Shown here piece after piece: positions 29,861-40,491 of a DNA stretch of 64,000 nucleotides (positions within the stretch are counted from its first letter, which is position 1; each line of letters begins with the position of its first letter). Below the pieces are notes generated by a model. That model saw nothing but the letters and a program-made list of their open reading frames with translations, did not search any database and was not told the origin of the DNA. Source of the stretch: an uncultured Verrucomicrobiae bacterium (lineage in GTDB: Bacteria > Verrucomicrobiota > Verrucomicrobiia > Chthoniobacterales > UBA10450); the NCBI GenBank assembly GCA_963801815.1, contig CAWDGJ010000008.1:68105-132104 (forward strand), given 5' to 3'. The position numbers were made by a program, and so were the translations under genes.

Positions 29861-31072
29861 GTGAAAGCGGGCTTCGTTGAAAAACTGATCGGCCGCCTTG
29901 GCAAAATCGGGCCGGAAGAGGTCCAGAACTATTTCCTGCGTCTGGCCCAGGAAAAAGGCTTTCTCGAAACGGTTTTCAACTCGATCCAGGAAGGAATCAT
30001 CGTCACCGATTCGAGCGGCCGAATCACTTACTTGAACGACGCCGCCTGCCAGTTGTTTGGTTTGGAGCCGAACGATTCCATCGGCAAACGATTGGACGAG
30101 CGTGTTCGCGGCCTCGATTGGAAGTCTCTTTCTCAAAGTGAAGTCGCGGTCAGCCGGGACATGGAAATTTTCTATCCGGCCAACCGCTTCATCAATTTCT
30201 ACATCGTCCCACTGATTATCGAACGTGAGCCGGGATCGGACAAAGAAACTGTCAACAAGACCGACGCCATTTCTGGTCATCAGGTTGGGCACGCGATCAT
30301 CTTGCGCGACATCACCGAGAGCCGGCGCACCGAACAACAAACGATCGAATCCGAACGATTCAACGCGCTGACTTTGCTTGCCGCGGGCGTGGCGCACGAA
30401 ATCGGGAATCCACTTAACTCGCTCAACATTCATTTACAGTTGATCGAGCGCGAGGCGCGCAAACGCGATGGAGCGAAAAGTGCCGAACTTCAGGAATCGG
30501 TTGAAGTGGCGCGCGCTGAAGTGAACCGGCTCGACTCGATCATCACCCAGTTCCTGCGTGCAATTCGTCCGACGCGTCCGGAGCTGAAACCGGAAAGCAT
30601 CAATTCCATTGTTGAGGAAGCTGTGCGCTTTTTGGCGCTAGAGATCAAGGACCGCGACATCGTAGTCGAGCAAGAACTGCGCTCCGATTTGCCTTTGCTC
30701 GAACTCGACCGCGACCAGATGAAGCAGGCGTTCTACAACGTGATCAAGAACAGTTTCGAGGCAATGACGAGGCGCGGAATTCTGCGCATCCGAACCGACA
30801 TGGACGATTCGCACGTAATTGTCCGGTTCACCGATTCCGGCGGCGGAATGTCACCGGAGAATCTCAGCCGTGTTTTCGAACCATATTTCACCACGAAAAC
30901 GAGCGGCACCGGTCTCGGGCTTCTAATCGTTCGTCGAATTGTGCGCGAGCACGGTGGCGAATTGTCGATCGAAAGCAATGCAGGCAAGGGCCTCACCGTT
31001 ACGATTCGCTTACCCTACGTCGAGCGACGCATTCGTATGTTGGAAGCGGGCGAACGGAAGGCTGAACAGTAG
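29861..31072 (+). CDS. Cytoplasmic PAS histidine kinase (NtrB/AtoS-like)
   Basis: PAS region, AHEIGNPL H-box, DSGGGM, GTGLGL. Confidence 0.93.
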   Translation: MKAGFVEKLIGRLGKIGPEEVQNYFLRLAQEKGFLETVFNSIQEGIIVTDSSGRITYLNDAACQLFGLEPNDSIGKRLDERVRGLDWKSLSQSEVAVSRDMEIFYPANRFINFYIVPLIIEREPGSDKETVNKTDAISGHQVGHAIILRDITESRRTEQQTIESERFNALTLLAAGVAHEIGNPLNSLNIHLQLIEREARKRDGAKSAELQESVEVARAEVNRLDSIITQFLRAIRPTRPELKPESINSIVEEAVRFLALEIKDRDIVVEQELRSDLPLLELDRDQMKQAFYNVIKNSFEAMTRRGILRIRTDMDDSHVIVRFTDSGGGMSPENLSRVFEPYFTTKTSGTGLGLLIVRRIVREHGGELSIESNAGKGLTVTIRLPYVERRIRMLEAGERKAEQ

Positions 31073-31179
31073 ACGCGATTGGCAAATCACCGCCCGGTGC
31101 ATAGTTATCCTCTATCTTCTATTGAGAGATCGCGCGATTGAGTGAGAATAAATGACGCAGTCCTTGCGCCCAAGCTCCC

Positions 31180-32612
31180 ATGGATTCCATCCAGCCCACA
31201 ATCCTGGTCGTCGACGACGAAAAGCACACCCGCGACGGTTTGCGGCGTCTGCTAGAAAACGATTACGACGTTTATGTCGCGGGCGACATCGCCAGCGCGT
31301 TGAATGTCCTCGAACGTGAACATGTCGATCTTCTCCTCACCGATCTGCGTCTTGGGCCTGAGGACGGCATGCAATTGATTGAACGGGCACTGAAAATACC
31401 CGATCCACCGATCTGCATCATGATGACGGCCTACGGTTCCGTAGATACCGCCGTCGAAGCGATGAAACGCGGCGCTTACGATTTCGTAACCAAGCCTTTG
31501 AATCTCGATAAGGTGGAGATGCTGATCGCGCGCGCATTGCGGGATCGCAAACTCGCGGACGAAAATCGAACTCTCCGGCAACAAGTCAACGAGCGTTACG
31601 GCCTCGAAAGCATCATTGGCGAATCGCCGGCGCTGCACGAAGTGCTGGATACGATTCGCCAGGTGGCGCCTTCATCGGCGAACGTTTTGATCGAAGGCGA
31701 AAGCGGAACTGGAAAAGAACTCGCGGCCCATGCGATCCATAATTTCAGCCGCCGTAACAAGGCGAAGTTCGTTACGGTGCACTGCGCCGCGCTGTCGCCC
31801 ACGTTGCTCGAAAGCGAACTGTTTGGTCACGAAAAAGGCGCGTTTACCGGCGCGCATGAGCGCCGGATTGGACGTTTCGAGCAGGCAAACGGCGGCACGA
31901 TTTTTCTGGACGAAATCGCGGAGATCCCGCTTGCCACCCAGGTAAAATTGCTCCGCGTCATCAGCGAGGAACGTGTCATTCGAACGGGTGGGCGGAAATC
32001 AAACTTTGCGCGCGGATGTTCGCCTGATCGCGGCCACAAACAAAAACCTCGAGCAGCTGGTGAAAGAAGGAAAGTTCCGGGATGACTTATATTTTCGCCT
32101 CAACGTCGTGCGCATCGTTATGCCGCCGTTGCGCGACCGAAAAGACGATATTCCGCTGCTCGTCCGCACGTTTCTCCGACAATTTTCCAAGGCGAACGAC
32201 AAAGAGGTTGTCGATGTTGACGCCGGAAGCAATGAACGCACTGCTGACTTACCACTGGCCGGGAAACGTGCGCGAGCTTCGCACGGCAATCGAGCATGGC
32301 GTGGTAATGGCAACCGGAACAGGAATCACCGTGCGCGACCTGCCGTCGGCACTTCGTCGGGCAGCCGGCGCCAAGCTTCCGCGCGGAATTTCGCCAACTA
32401 GGGCCTTCGGCGAAAAGGCCAGTCCGCTCGATCTTCACGAAACCGAACGCAAATTAATCCTCCAGGCGTTGGCGACGACCAACGGGAACGTGACAGCGGC
32501 CGCAAAAAAACTTGGTATCAGCCGCCGCACACTTCACCGAAAGATCAACGAATTGAACGCTAAGAAGGAAAAAGCTGCGGCCCCGGTCGAGCCGAAACCG
32601 CATGGCAGCTAG
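31180..32612 (+). CDS. Sigma-54-dependent response regulator (NtrC/AtoC family), frameshifts near 31976 and 32210
   Basis: Receiver, [19 protein letters not shown], then [11 protein letters not shown], then WPGNVREL and Fis HTH in successive frames. Confidence 0.9.
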
Positions 32613-32680
32613 CGCCATTGCACAGTGAATGCCAACACTTTCCCGTTTACGAATCGGCTTCCGAGCGTTTCAGTAGAGGC

Positions 32681-34066
32681 GTGAGCGCGGCGACAAAGAT
32701 TTTCGGCACGGACGGAGTTCGCGGGGTCGCGAATGTCGAACCGGTCACGGCTGAGACCGTATTGAAGCTAGGACGCGCGGCCGCGCACGTTTTTACCCAA
32801 TTAAATCCACGAACCTTGCCAGAAGGCGCGCGGCCGAAGATCGTGCTCGGCAAAGACACCCGACGTTCCGGTTACATGCTCGAGAACGCGCTGGTGGCGG
32901 GAATCACTTCGCTCGGCGTTGACGTTCTGATCATCGGACCGTTGCCGACGCCGGGCGTGGCCTACATCACGCGTTCACTGAGAGCGGACGCCGGCATCGT
33001 TCTGTCCGCCTCGCACAATCCCTACGAAGACAATGGCATTAAGTTCTTCCGGCACGACGGATACAAACTCGATGATCAGGTCGAGACCCAGATCGAGGAC
33101 CTCGTTTTCACCGGCAAAATCGACAATATCCGGCCGACCGCCGGAAATATTGGACGCGCCACGCGTATTGACGACGCACTTGGCCGTTACGTTGAATTCG
33201 CGAAGGCCAGTTTCCCGCGAAAAATGTCTCTCGAAGAACTGCGCGTGGCAGTCGACGTGGCAAATGGAGCAGCCTACAAATCCACTCCGTGTATTCTGCG
33301 CGAGCTTGGCGCCGAGGTCATCGTGTCACACGACGAGCCGAACGGAATGAACATCAACGACCGCTGCGGCAGCACCTATCCCGAAGAAATTCAGCGCGTC
33401 GTCAAGAAGACCGGGGCTAACGTCGGCATCACTCACGATGGCGACGCGGACCGGGTCCTCCTCTGCGATGAAAATGGCGAGATGGTCGATGGCGATGAGA
33501 TCCTCGCGATTGCCGCGCTCGATCTATTGAAATCCGAGCAACTTCGCGAAAACACGCTGGTTGCAACCGTGATGAGCAATTTTGGTCTCGACGAGGCGAT
33601 CACCGCTGGCGGCGGCAAAGTAATTCGTACGAAAGTTGGTGACCGCTACGTGATCGAGGAAATGATGAAAAAGGGTCTCAATCTCGGCGGCGAACAAAGC
33701 GGTCACATTATTTTTCAAGACTTTACTACCACCGGCGACGGCATTATCAGCGCGCTGCAAGTCTTGCGGATCATGCACATATCCGGCCAACCGTTGAGCA
33801 AACTAAAAAAATGTCTGAAGAAATATCCGCAAGCCCAACGTAATCTCGTTGTAAAATCGAAACCACCGATCGAGGAATTGCGCGACGTGGTCAAACTGCG
33901 CGATGAGATTGAACGCGAGCTCGCCGGCAAGGGCCGCGTTCTCTTGCGTTACTCCGGCACGGAGCCGAAAATCCGGCTCCTGATCGAGGGCCGTGAGTTC
34001 GACAAGATCGACAAGCACGCCAATCGCATCGCTGACGCGATCCAGACCGCGATCGGAGCAAACTAA
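32681..34066 (+). CDS. glmM: Phosphoglucosamine mutase
   Basis: FGTDGVRG, SASHNP, HDGDADR, GGEQSGH, RYSGTEP. Confidence 0.96.
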   Translation: MSAATKIFGTDGVRGVANVEPVTAETVLKLGRAAAHVFTQLNPRTLPEGARPKIVLGKDTRRSGYMLENALVAGITSLGVDVLIIGPLPTPGVAYITRSLRADAGIVLSASHNPYEDNGIKFFRHDGYKLDDQVETQIEDLVFTGKIDNIRPTAGNIGRATRIDDALGRYVEFAKASFPRKMSLEELRVAVDVANGAAYKSTPCILRELGAEVIVSHDEPNGMNINDRCGSTYPEEIQRVVKKTGANVGITHDGDADRVLLCDENGEMVDGDEILAIAALDLLKSEQLRENTLVATVMSNFGLDEAITAGGGKVIRTKVGDRYVIEEMMKKGLNLGGEQSGHIIFQDFTTTGDGIISALQVLRIMHISGQPLSKLKKCLKKYPQAQRNLVVKSKPPIEELRDVVKLRDEIERELAGKGRVLLRYSGTEPKIRLLIEGREFDKIDKHANRIADAIQTAIGAN

Positions 34067-34096
34067 CTCTTCAATGTAATGACGAATCTCTTTCTC

Positions 34097-34244
34097 GAAA
34101 ATAGCCCAGCCTTTGAAGGCTGGGACAAAGGCATCGACGTGACAATCAGTCAGGTTACGGACGGAAGAGTGCTCCTTCCGTTTGCGTGCGGACTCGTCAA
34201 ACGTGAATTTTTAAAACCCAGCGTTAAAACGCTGGGCTATTTCC
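34097..34244. repeat. Three-hairpin palindromic element
   Basis: aaatagcccagc-ctttgaag-gctggg ... acggaag/cttccgt ... cccagcgttaaaacgctgggctattt. Confidence 0.75.
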
Positions 34245-34272
34245 GCGAAACATTTTACACCAACTCTGTGGC

Positions 34273-34911
34273 ATGAATTTATCGCGCGTCATCGAGGCTC
34301 TGCTGTTCAGCGCTCGCAAACCACTTTCGATCAAGGAGATTGTCGATATTCTCCGCAACGCGGGCGCCGAAGATGAATTTGCGCCTAACGAGTTTGCCAG
34401 CGCGAAGCAGGCGGAAGTCGCCGGTGCGATCGAGCAATTGAAGGTCGAATACATTCAAAACGAGCATGGTTTCCAACTTGTGGAGAAGGCTGAGGGCTGG
34501 CAGCTCACCAGCGATCCGAAATACGCGCGCTGGGTGCGCGGACTTTTTCCGGCGCCGAAGCCGGCGCGTTTAAGCTCTCCGGCCCTGGAAACACTCGCCA
34601 TCATTGCCTACCGGCAACCGATCACGCGCGCCGACGTCGAGGCCGTTCGTGGTGTTACCATCGACGGTGTGTTGCAAACGCTAATGGAACGCGGTCTGGT
34701 GAAAATTTCCGGGCGCTCCGAGATCCCGGGACGCCCATTACTTTACGAAACAACCGAATTCTTTCTTGATCATTTCGGTCTGCGCAATCTCGACGAACTT
34801 CCGAATGTCGAAGAGTTGCGCACACGACATCTACCGGCCGCTCCACGGCCGCAACCTACGCCGGTCGAAGAAGCTGGTGCTCCTGCGACGGACCCAGGTG
34901 GGAGCGATTGA
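34273..34911 (+). CDS. scpB: SMC-Scp complex subunit ScpB
   Basis: IEALLF, LETLAIIAYRQPITR, PGRPLLYETT..FL. Confidence 0.95.
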   Translation: MNLSRVIEALLFSARKPLSIKEIVDILRNAGAEDEFAPNEFASAKQAEVAGAIEQLKVEYIQNEHGFQLVEKAEGWQLTSDPKYARWVRGLFPAPKPARLSSPALETLAIIAYRQPITRADVEAVRGVTIDGVLQTLMERGLVKISGRSEIPGRPLLYETTEFFLDHFGLRNLDELPNVEELRTRHLPAAPRPQPTPVEEAGAPATDPGGSD

Positions 34912-34926
34912 CCCCGATCGCCCGCG

Positions 34927-35946
34927 ATGCGCTGGTTGTTGATCCTCGCACTCGCTCTCGTCACGTCGCCATCTTCCCTCGCGGCTGACATTCAGCTGGG
35001 CAATTGCGCGCGCGCGGCTGCCTACTCCGAAAAGAACCGCGGCTTTTCCATGCTGGTGATGCAAAACGGGAAAACTGTTTTCGAGCATTACGCCAACGGC
35101 GGCGGCGCCGACATGCGTTGCAAGATCTTCAGTGGCACCAAAAGTTTCTGGGGAATAGCCGCGCTTTGTGCCGCGCGCGACGGCTTGATCAAGCTCGACG
35201 ATCGAGTCGCTGACACGATTACGGAATGGAAAAACGATCCGCGCAGATCGCAAATCACGATTCGTCAGTTGCTGAATCAGACTGACGGAATAGAGCCGGC
35301 GCCGCATCTCCACAGCGATTCGATCCGAGATCGCGATGCCGTTGCCATTCAATTGCCAGTGGTCGCGTCACCCGGTTCCGTCTTTGCTTATGGCCCGAGT
35401 CATCTCCAGATTTTCAATGAACTCTTGCGACGAAAACTGAATGGAAGATCGACAATTTCCTATATTGAAGAAAATGTGCTTTCGCCACTTGGCCTGACGA
35501 ATCTCGAATTCAAAAAAGACGGCCGCGGAAATCCCCTTCCGGCGAGTGGATTTGAGCTGAGTGCCAGAGAATGGGCGCGATTCGGCGAGCTTGTGCTCAA
35601 TCGCGGCAATTACAATGGAAAGCAGATCGTTCCGGCAAACCTGCTCGGCCAGGCCTACAGAGGTTCGGGCGCGAACCCGTCATACGGACTGACCTTTTGG
35701 CTAAACCGGCAGACGCCGAACGGGCGGGAAATCGATTTCGAAAAGGAACTCGACCTCAAATGGCAGCGCGCGCGTTGGGGCGGAATTTGTTTTTGCCGGG
35801 CCGCGCCGGCAGACATGGTCGTCGCGCTCGGTTCGAATTATCAGCGTCTGTTCATTATTCCTTCAATGAACGCGCTTATTATCCGCCAGGCGATGAGCCC
35901 GAAGTTCTCGGACGCACTTTTTCTGCGGCTCGTTCTAGGCCGATAG
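34927..35946 (+). CDS. Serine hydrolase, beta-lactamase family
   Basis: SGTK (SxxK), ITIRQLL, signal peptide. Confidence 0.85.
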   Translation: MRWLLILALALVTSPSSLAADIQLGNCARAAAYSEKNRGFSMLVMQNGKTVFEHYANGGGADMRCKIFSGTKSFWGIAALCAARDGLIKLDDRVADTITEWKNDPRRSQITIRQLLNQTDGIEPAPHLHSDSIRDRDAVAIQLPVVASPGSVFAYGPSHLQIFNELLRRKLNGRSTISYIEENVLSPLGLTNLEFKKDGRGNPLPASGFELSAREWARFGELVLNRGNYNGKQIVPANLLGQAYRGSGANPSYGLTFWLNRQTPNGREIDFEKELDLKWQRARWGGICFCRAAPADMVVALGSNYQRLFIIPSMNALIIRQAMSPKFSDALFLRLVLGR

Positions 35947-36005
35947 CGGGTTTGACTTAAGGACGGGTTTCCTGAACGGTTGAAGGCACCTATCTTGTCG
36001 ATCTT

Positions 36006-36671
36006 ATGAACAAATTTGCGATCGGTTGCGGCGGACTCCTCGTCATTCTCATCTTCTTTGCTTTCATCGTCGGCCTCTTTTTCTGGGGGACTTACAACCG
36101 ACTGGTCGGTTTGCAGCAAGCCGTCGACACCCAATGGGCCCAGGTCCAGACCGTGTATCAGCGCCGCGCGGACCTGATCCCTAATCTCGTGAACACTGTT
36201 GCCGGCGCGGCCAATTTCGAGAAATCGACGCTTACCGAAGTGACTAACGCGCGAGCAAGCGTTGGGCGAGTGCAGCTCGATCCGAACAAGGCGCCAACCG
36301 ATGCGAAGCAGCTGGAAGAATTTCAGGCTGCCCAGGGCCAGTTGAGCAATGCCCTCTCCCGCTTGCTGGTAGTAGCCGAAAATTATCCTCAACTCACCGC
36401 CACCGAGAATTTCCGCGGACTGCAGGCACAACTGGAGGGAACGGAGAATCGAATTTCAGTCGAACGCAACAAATTCAACACCACGGTCCAGGATTACAAC
36501 GTGGCCGTGCGCCGTTTCCCCACCAACATGATCGCAGGAATGTTTGGGTTTTCACCGCGACCATTCTTTGCTGCGCAGCAAGGCGCGGAAAAAGCGCCGA
36601 CGGTGAATTTCAATTTTGGCTCGCCCGCACCGGCGGCTTCGCCCGCAGCGACCGCATCGGCGACGCCATAA
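36006..36671 (+). CDS. lemA: LemA family protein
   Basis: YQRRADLIPNLV, ENYPQL, LEGTENRI. Confidence 0.93.
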   Translation: MNKFAIGCGGLLVILIFFAFIVGLFFWGTYNRLVGLQQAVDTQWAQVQTVYQRRADLIPNLVNTVAGAANFEKSTLTEVTNARASVGRVQLDPNKAPTDAKQLEEFQAAQGQLSNALSRLLVVAENYPQLTATENFRGLQAQLEGTENRISVERNKFNTTVQDYNVAVRRFPTNMIAGMFGFSPRPFFAAQQGAEKAPTVNFNFGSPAPAASPAATASATP

Positions 36672-36677
36672 CGGCGT

Positions 36678-36806
36678 AAGCTCCAAATCCCAAGCTTCAA
36701 ACAAATCCCAAGACCTAAATCCCGAGTGATCGAACGCGGCCGCCTCCCTTTTTGGAGCTTGAGGTTTGGGAGTTGTTTGGGCCTTGGGTCCTGGGGTTTG
36801 GGATTT
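36678..36806. repeat. Inverted heptamer array
   Basis: aagctcc aaatccc aagcttc aaac aaatccc aagacct ... ggagctt gaggttt ... gttt gggcctt ... gggattt. Confidence 0.85.
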
Positions 36807-37622
36807 CTTCGGCAGAGCAAAGCGGCTTCGGCGCCATTTTTAACATCGAGCGCAGAGCGCTCGATCCACCTCGCGCTGGCTGTGATCGCGCTCAGCGCAA
36901 TTTCCCTATCCGCCGCCGAAGTTATTCCGCCGAAACCTCCTGGTTATTTCCAAGATAACGCCGGAATCGTTTCGAAAGACGCCGCGCTGCGTTTCAACGA
37001 GCAGCTTGCCCAGTTTGAACGCGATACTTCAAACCAAGTTTGGGTCGTTATTTATCCGAAGATGCAGAGCGATTCTGACGTCGCCGATTACACACGCCGC
37101 GTGGCGGAAATTTGGGGCGTCGGACAGAAAGAACAGCGCAACGGTGTCGTCCTGTTCGTCTTCACTCAAGACCGTAAGATGTTCATCCAAGTCGGCTACG
37201 GTTTGGAAGGGGCGCTGCCCGACGCGACTTGCTTCGACATCACTGAATATCAAATCAAGCCACACTTCCGAACCAACGACTACGAAGGCGGGCTCGCAAC
37301 TGGGATCGATTCGATTCTTAAGGCGATACGAGGCGAGTACAGAGGCACCGGAAAAACAGCTCTGGAACGGCGCCACAGTAATACTCCGGCACCAAGCTTT
37401 TTATATTTCCTCATTTTTCTCTTTGTCATCAGCATCCTTTCAAGAGTGATGCGGCGGCTTGGTGGATACAGTTACTCTTCGCGCCGAAGCGGTCCGGTTT
37501 TCATCCCGATGGGTTTCGGCGGAGGCGGCGGCGGTTGGTCGTCGGGTAGTGGTGGCGGCTTCAGTGGGTCGTTTGGCGGGGGCGGAAGTTTCGGAGGCGG
37601 CGGCGCGGGATCCAGCTGGTAA
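36726..37622 (+). CDS. TPM-domain (YgcG-like) protein; start uncertain
   Basis: WGVGQKEQRNGVVL, VGYGLEGALPD, GGGSFGGGGAGSSW tail. Confidence 0.88.
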   Translation: MIERGRLPFWSLRFGSCLGLGSWGLGFLRQSKAASAPFLTSSAERSIHLALAVIALSAISLSAAEVIPPKPPGYFQDNAGIVSKDAALRFNEQLAQFERDTSNQVWVVIYPKMQSDSDVADYTRRVAEIWGVGQKEQRNGVVLFVFTQDRKMFIQVGYGLEGALPDATCFDITEYQIKPHFRTNDYEGGLATGIDSILKAIRGEYRGTGKTALERRHSNTPAPSFLYFLIFLFVISILSRVMRRLGGYSYSSRRSGPVFIPMGFGGGGGGWSSGSGGGFSGSFGGGGSFGGGGAGSSW

Positions 37623-37626
37623 CTCA

Positions 37627-38061
37627 ATGAGAACCAAAGAATTTCTCGGCAAGCTCGAGCATGACCGAATCGTCCAAGCGATTCGAGACGCCGAGTCAAA
37701 AACTTCCGGCCAGATTCGCGTTTTTATTCAGCGCGGCAAACTAAATGTCGATCCTCTTGTTGCTGCGCAGAAAAAATTCCGGAAGCTGGGAATGCATAAG
37801 ACTTCGGAAGGCAATGCGATCCTCATTTTTGTTGCGCCGCGTGCGCACAAGTTCGCCGTCGTCGGCGATAAGGCGATCCATGAGAAATGTGGGGAGTCGT
37901 TTTGGCAACGACTGGTTGACGCCATGCGGGAGCATTTTCGGAACGAGAGATTCAGCCTCGCCCTGGTGGAGGCAGTCCAGGAAGCAGGCCAAGCGCTTGC
38001 TTCGCATTTTCCTGGAAGGTCGGCATCCAATACCCTTCCGGACGAGGTGGTTGAGGGCTAA
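37627..38061 (+). CDS. TPM-domain protein
   Basis: AESKTSGQIRV, FAVVGDKAIH, NTLPDEV. Confidence 0.88.
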   Translation: MRTKEFLGKLEHDRIVQAIRDAESKTSGQIRVFIQRGKLNVDPLVAAQKKFRKLGMHKTSEGNAILIFVAPRAHKFAVVGDKAIHEKCGESFWQRLVDAMREHFRNERFSLALVEAVQEAGQALASHFPGRSASNTLPDEVVEG

Positions 38062-38194
38062 ATCACCGCTTGCAAAAGTCGCGGAATGCTCTTTATTCCA
38101 CGCTTCGCAGCGAGTTTTGTAATTACGCCGTTGGTCCCTGGGTTTCCGTCGCTTGACTGAAACCACACTCGCCAGGGGAAACCCGGCCCTCAGA

Positions 38195-38271
38195 AAGGAA
38201 GAAGTTAGAATTAAAAAGGAAGAGGTGTCTCACACAGACATTTCTTAATTCATAATTCCTACTTCTTAATT
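38195..38271. repeat. Inverted heptamer array just upstream of rpoA
   Basis: aaggaag aagttag aattaaa aaggaag ... tttctt aattcat aattcct acttctt. Confidence 0.75.
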
Positions 38272-38277
38272 GCCACC

Positions 38278-39324
38278 ATGCCAGTTCGTTACGGTCGTTT
38301 TGAAATGCCGAAAACTCTCTCGAAAGATGAGAGCACAGCCACAGACACTTACGCCAAGTTCATCGCCGAGCCGTTTGAGGCCGGTTACGGTCACACGGTT
38401 GGAAATTCACTCCGTCGAGTATTGCTGTCGTCGCTCGAAGGCGCCGCCATTACCGCGGTGAAAATCACCGGTGCGCAGCACGAGTTTGCCACCTTACCTG
38501 GCGTCGTTGAAGACGTGACCGACATCGTGCTCAACCTGAAAAAGGTGAAATTCAAAGCCAGCAACGGTCACGAGCCGAAGAAACTCTCGCTCAACGTAAA
38601 CAAAGAGGGCGAAATCACTGCCGCCGACATCCAGGAGGTTGCCGGGTACGAAGTGCTGAACCCGAAGCTGGTGATCTGCACCCTCGACAAGAAACATAAA
38701 TTTGATGCCGAGCTTGAAATCCGGGTCGGTCGTGGATTTGCCACCGGCGAAGAAAACAAACGCTCCGACCAGCCGATCGGACTCATTCCGATCGATTCGA
38801 TCTTCTCGCCGGTCACACGCGTGAAATACGCGGTTGAAAACACCCGCGTCGGTCAACGGACCGATTATGACAAGCTCATTCTCGAAGTCTGGACCGACGG
38901 ACGATTGACTCCGGACGACGCCCTGCTCCAGGCCTCGGCGATTCTCCGTCACCACCTCGATGTGTTCGTGAACTTCAACGAGGAAGTGATCGAGTTCGAC
39001 GAGACGCCGGCCGGTGTGAGCGAAGAGAACATGAAGCTCAAGAAGCTGCTCAACATGAGCGTGAACGAGATCGAGCTTAGCGTCCGCGCCGCGAACTGTT
39101 TGAACAACGCCAACATCACCACTGTTGGTCAGCTCGCGCAGAAGACCGAGAGCGAGATGCTCAAGTATCGCAACTTCGGCAAGAAATCGCTCAACGAAAT
39201 CAAGGACAAGCTCCAGCAGCTCGGCCTGAGTTTGGGCATGAAATTCGAGGCCGGTTTGGTGGAAACTCCAGTCGGAACTGACGGTGCAACCGCGAATGGC
39301 GCCGACAGCGTCGAACGCAAATAA
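38278..39324 (+). CDS. rpoA: RNA polymerase alpha subunit
   Basis: EPFEAGYGHTVGNSLRRVLLSS, RVGQRTDYDKL, ELSVRAANCL, RNFGKKSL. Confidence 0.98.
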   Translation: MPVRYGRFEMPKTLSKDESTATDTYAKFIAEPFEAGYGHTVGNSLRRVLLSSLEGAAITAVKITGAQHEFATLPGVVEDVTDIVLNLKKVKFKASNGHEPKKLSLNVNKEGEITAADIQEVAGYEVLNPKLVICTLDKKHKFDAELEIRVGRGFATGEENKRSDQPIGLIPIDSIFSPVTRVKYAVENTRVGQRTDYDKLILEVWTDGRLTPDDALLQASAILRHHLDVFVNFNEEVIEFDETPAGVSEENMKLKKLLNMSVNEIELSVRAANCLNNANITTVGQLAQKTESEMLKYRNFGKKSLNEIKDKLQQLGLSLGMKFEAGLVETPVGTDGATANGADSVERK

Positions 39325-39351
39325 CGTTCAGCCGAAACAACCAAGCTGGTT

Positions 39352-39896
39352 ATGAGACATAACAAGAAGACAGTGAAACTTGGCCGCAAAGCCGGGCACC
39401 GAAAGGCGCTCCTCGCGAACCAGGTTTGCAGTTTGATCGAGCATCATCGAATCAAGACAACGCTGGCCAAAGCCAAGGCAGTTCGTCCAATCGCAGAACG
39501 CATGGTGACGCTCGGCAAGAACGGATCGCTCCATGCTCGGCGGACCGCGTTCGCGACGTTGCGCCAGAAAGATGCCGTGAAGAAACTGTTCGACAAGATC
39601 GCGCCGGCATCAACCGACCGCACCGGCGGTTACACGCGCATCATTCGATTGGGGCAACGCAAAAGCGATTCTGCATTAATGGCCTTGATCGAATGGGTCG
39701 ATACCGACCGTCGTCGTCGAAGAAAAACCGGTTGAGGAGCAGGAAAAGAAAAAGAAAGAGTCGAAACCGGAAGTGAAGGAAGTAAAAACGAAAGAACCGA
39801 AGCGCGAAGAAGCGGCTGCAACCAAAGCGGAAGAGAAACCGGCGGAAGAGCCGAAGAAGAAACGGCGCTGGTTCGGGACGAAAAAAGGAAGAATAA
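39352..39896 (+). CDS. rplQ: 50S ribosomal protein L17 with K/E-rich tail (frameshift near 39705, probably another near 39885)
   Basis: MRH...LGR, IKTTLAKAK, GGYTRI; tail VVEEKPVEE...KKRRWFG continues in another frame. Confidence 0.92.
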
Positions 39897-40043
39897 ATTT
39901 CAAATCCGAAGTTCGAATGTCGAAACAAACTCGAAATTCGAACAATGAAATAGACTGCGACCTCAAGAGAGGCGTTTTGTTTCTACCTTTTTGGTAGGAT
40001 TTTAGAGAATTGTTTCGGATTTCGAGCTTCGATATTCGAATTT
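39895..40043. repeat. Inverted heptamer array
   Basis: aaatttc aaatccg aagttcg aatgtcg aaac aaactcg aaattcg ... gttt cggattt cgagctt cgatatt cgaattt. Confidence 0.88.
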
Positions 40044-40044
40044 G

Positions 40045-40482
40045 TTACGCTAATGGAACCAACTGCCAGTTGAGTTTGCCAGCCGCGATTTCAAGCCAGG
40101 CCACGCTTCGAGGTGAACCGCGATTCGGACGGGTTACGCATCCAGGATTCAAAAAGAGTACGCCGCGACGTTTTTCATTACGTGGCACGTGAGTATGACC
40201 ATGCAAAATAACATCGACATCGTCCGGCGGAACATCTGGCGGAATATGTTGCAGTCGAAATTTCAAGCCATCGCGCTTGAGATCGACAACCAGCGGCCAG
40301 TCGGAGTTCCAGTCGCAATTGCCGCGCACCACAGTGAGCGGCGGACCGATCGCTTCGAGATCGGCGGTGATGGTCGGTTCGCAAACATCACCCAAATGCC
40401 AGATCTCATCAGCGCCTGCCGCCAGATCAAGAACCGTTTGTGGAAGCTTGTTATGCGTATCTGCCAGAACCAAAACTTTCAT
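40045..40482 (-). CDS. YfcE-like metallophosphoesterase
   Basis: ADTH, HLGD, RGNCD, HGHTH, NPG. Confidence 0.92.
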   Translation of the reverse strand: MKVLVLADTHNKLPQTVLDLAAGADEIWHLGDVCEPTITADLEAIGPPLTVVRGNCDWNSDWPLVVDLKRDGLKFRLQHIPPDVPPDDVDVILHGHTHVPRNEKRRGVLFLNPGCVTRPNRGSPRSVAWLEIAAGKLNWQLVPLA

Positions 40483-40491
40483 CGCGCGCTA

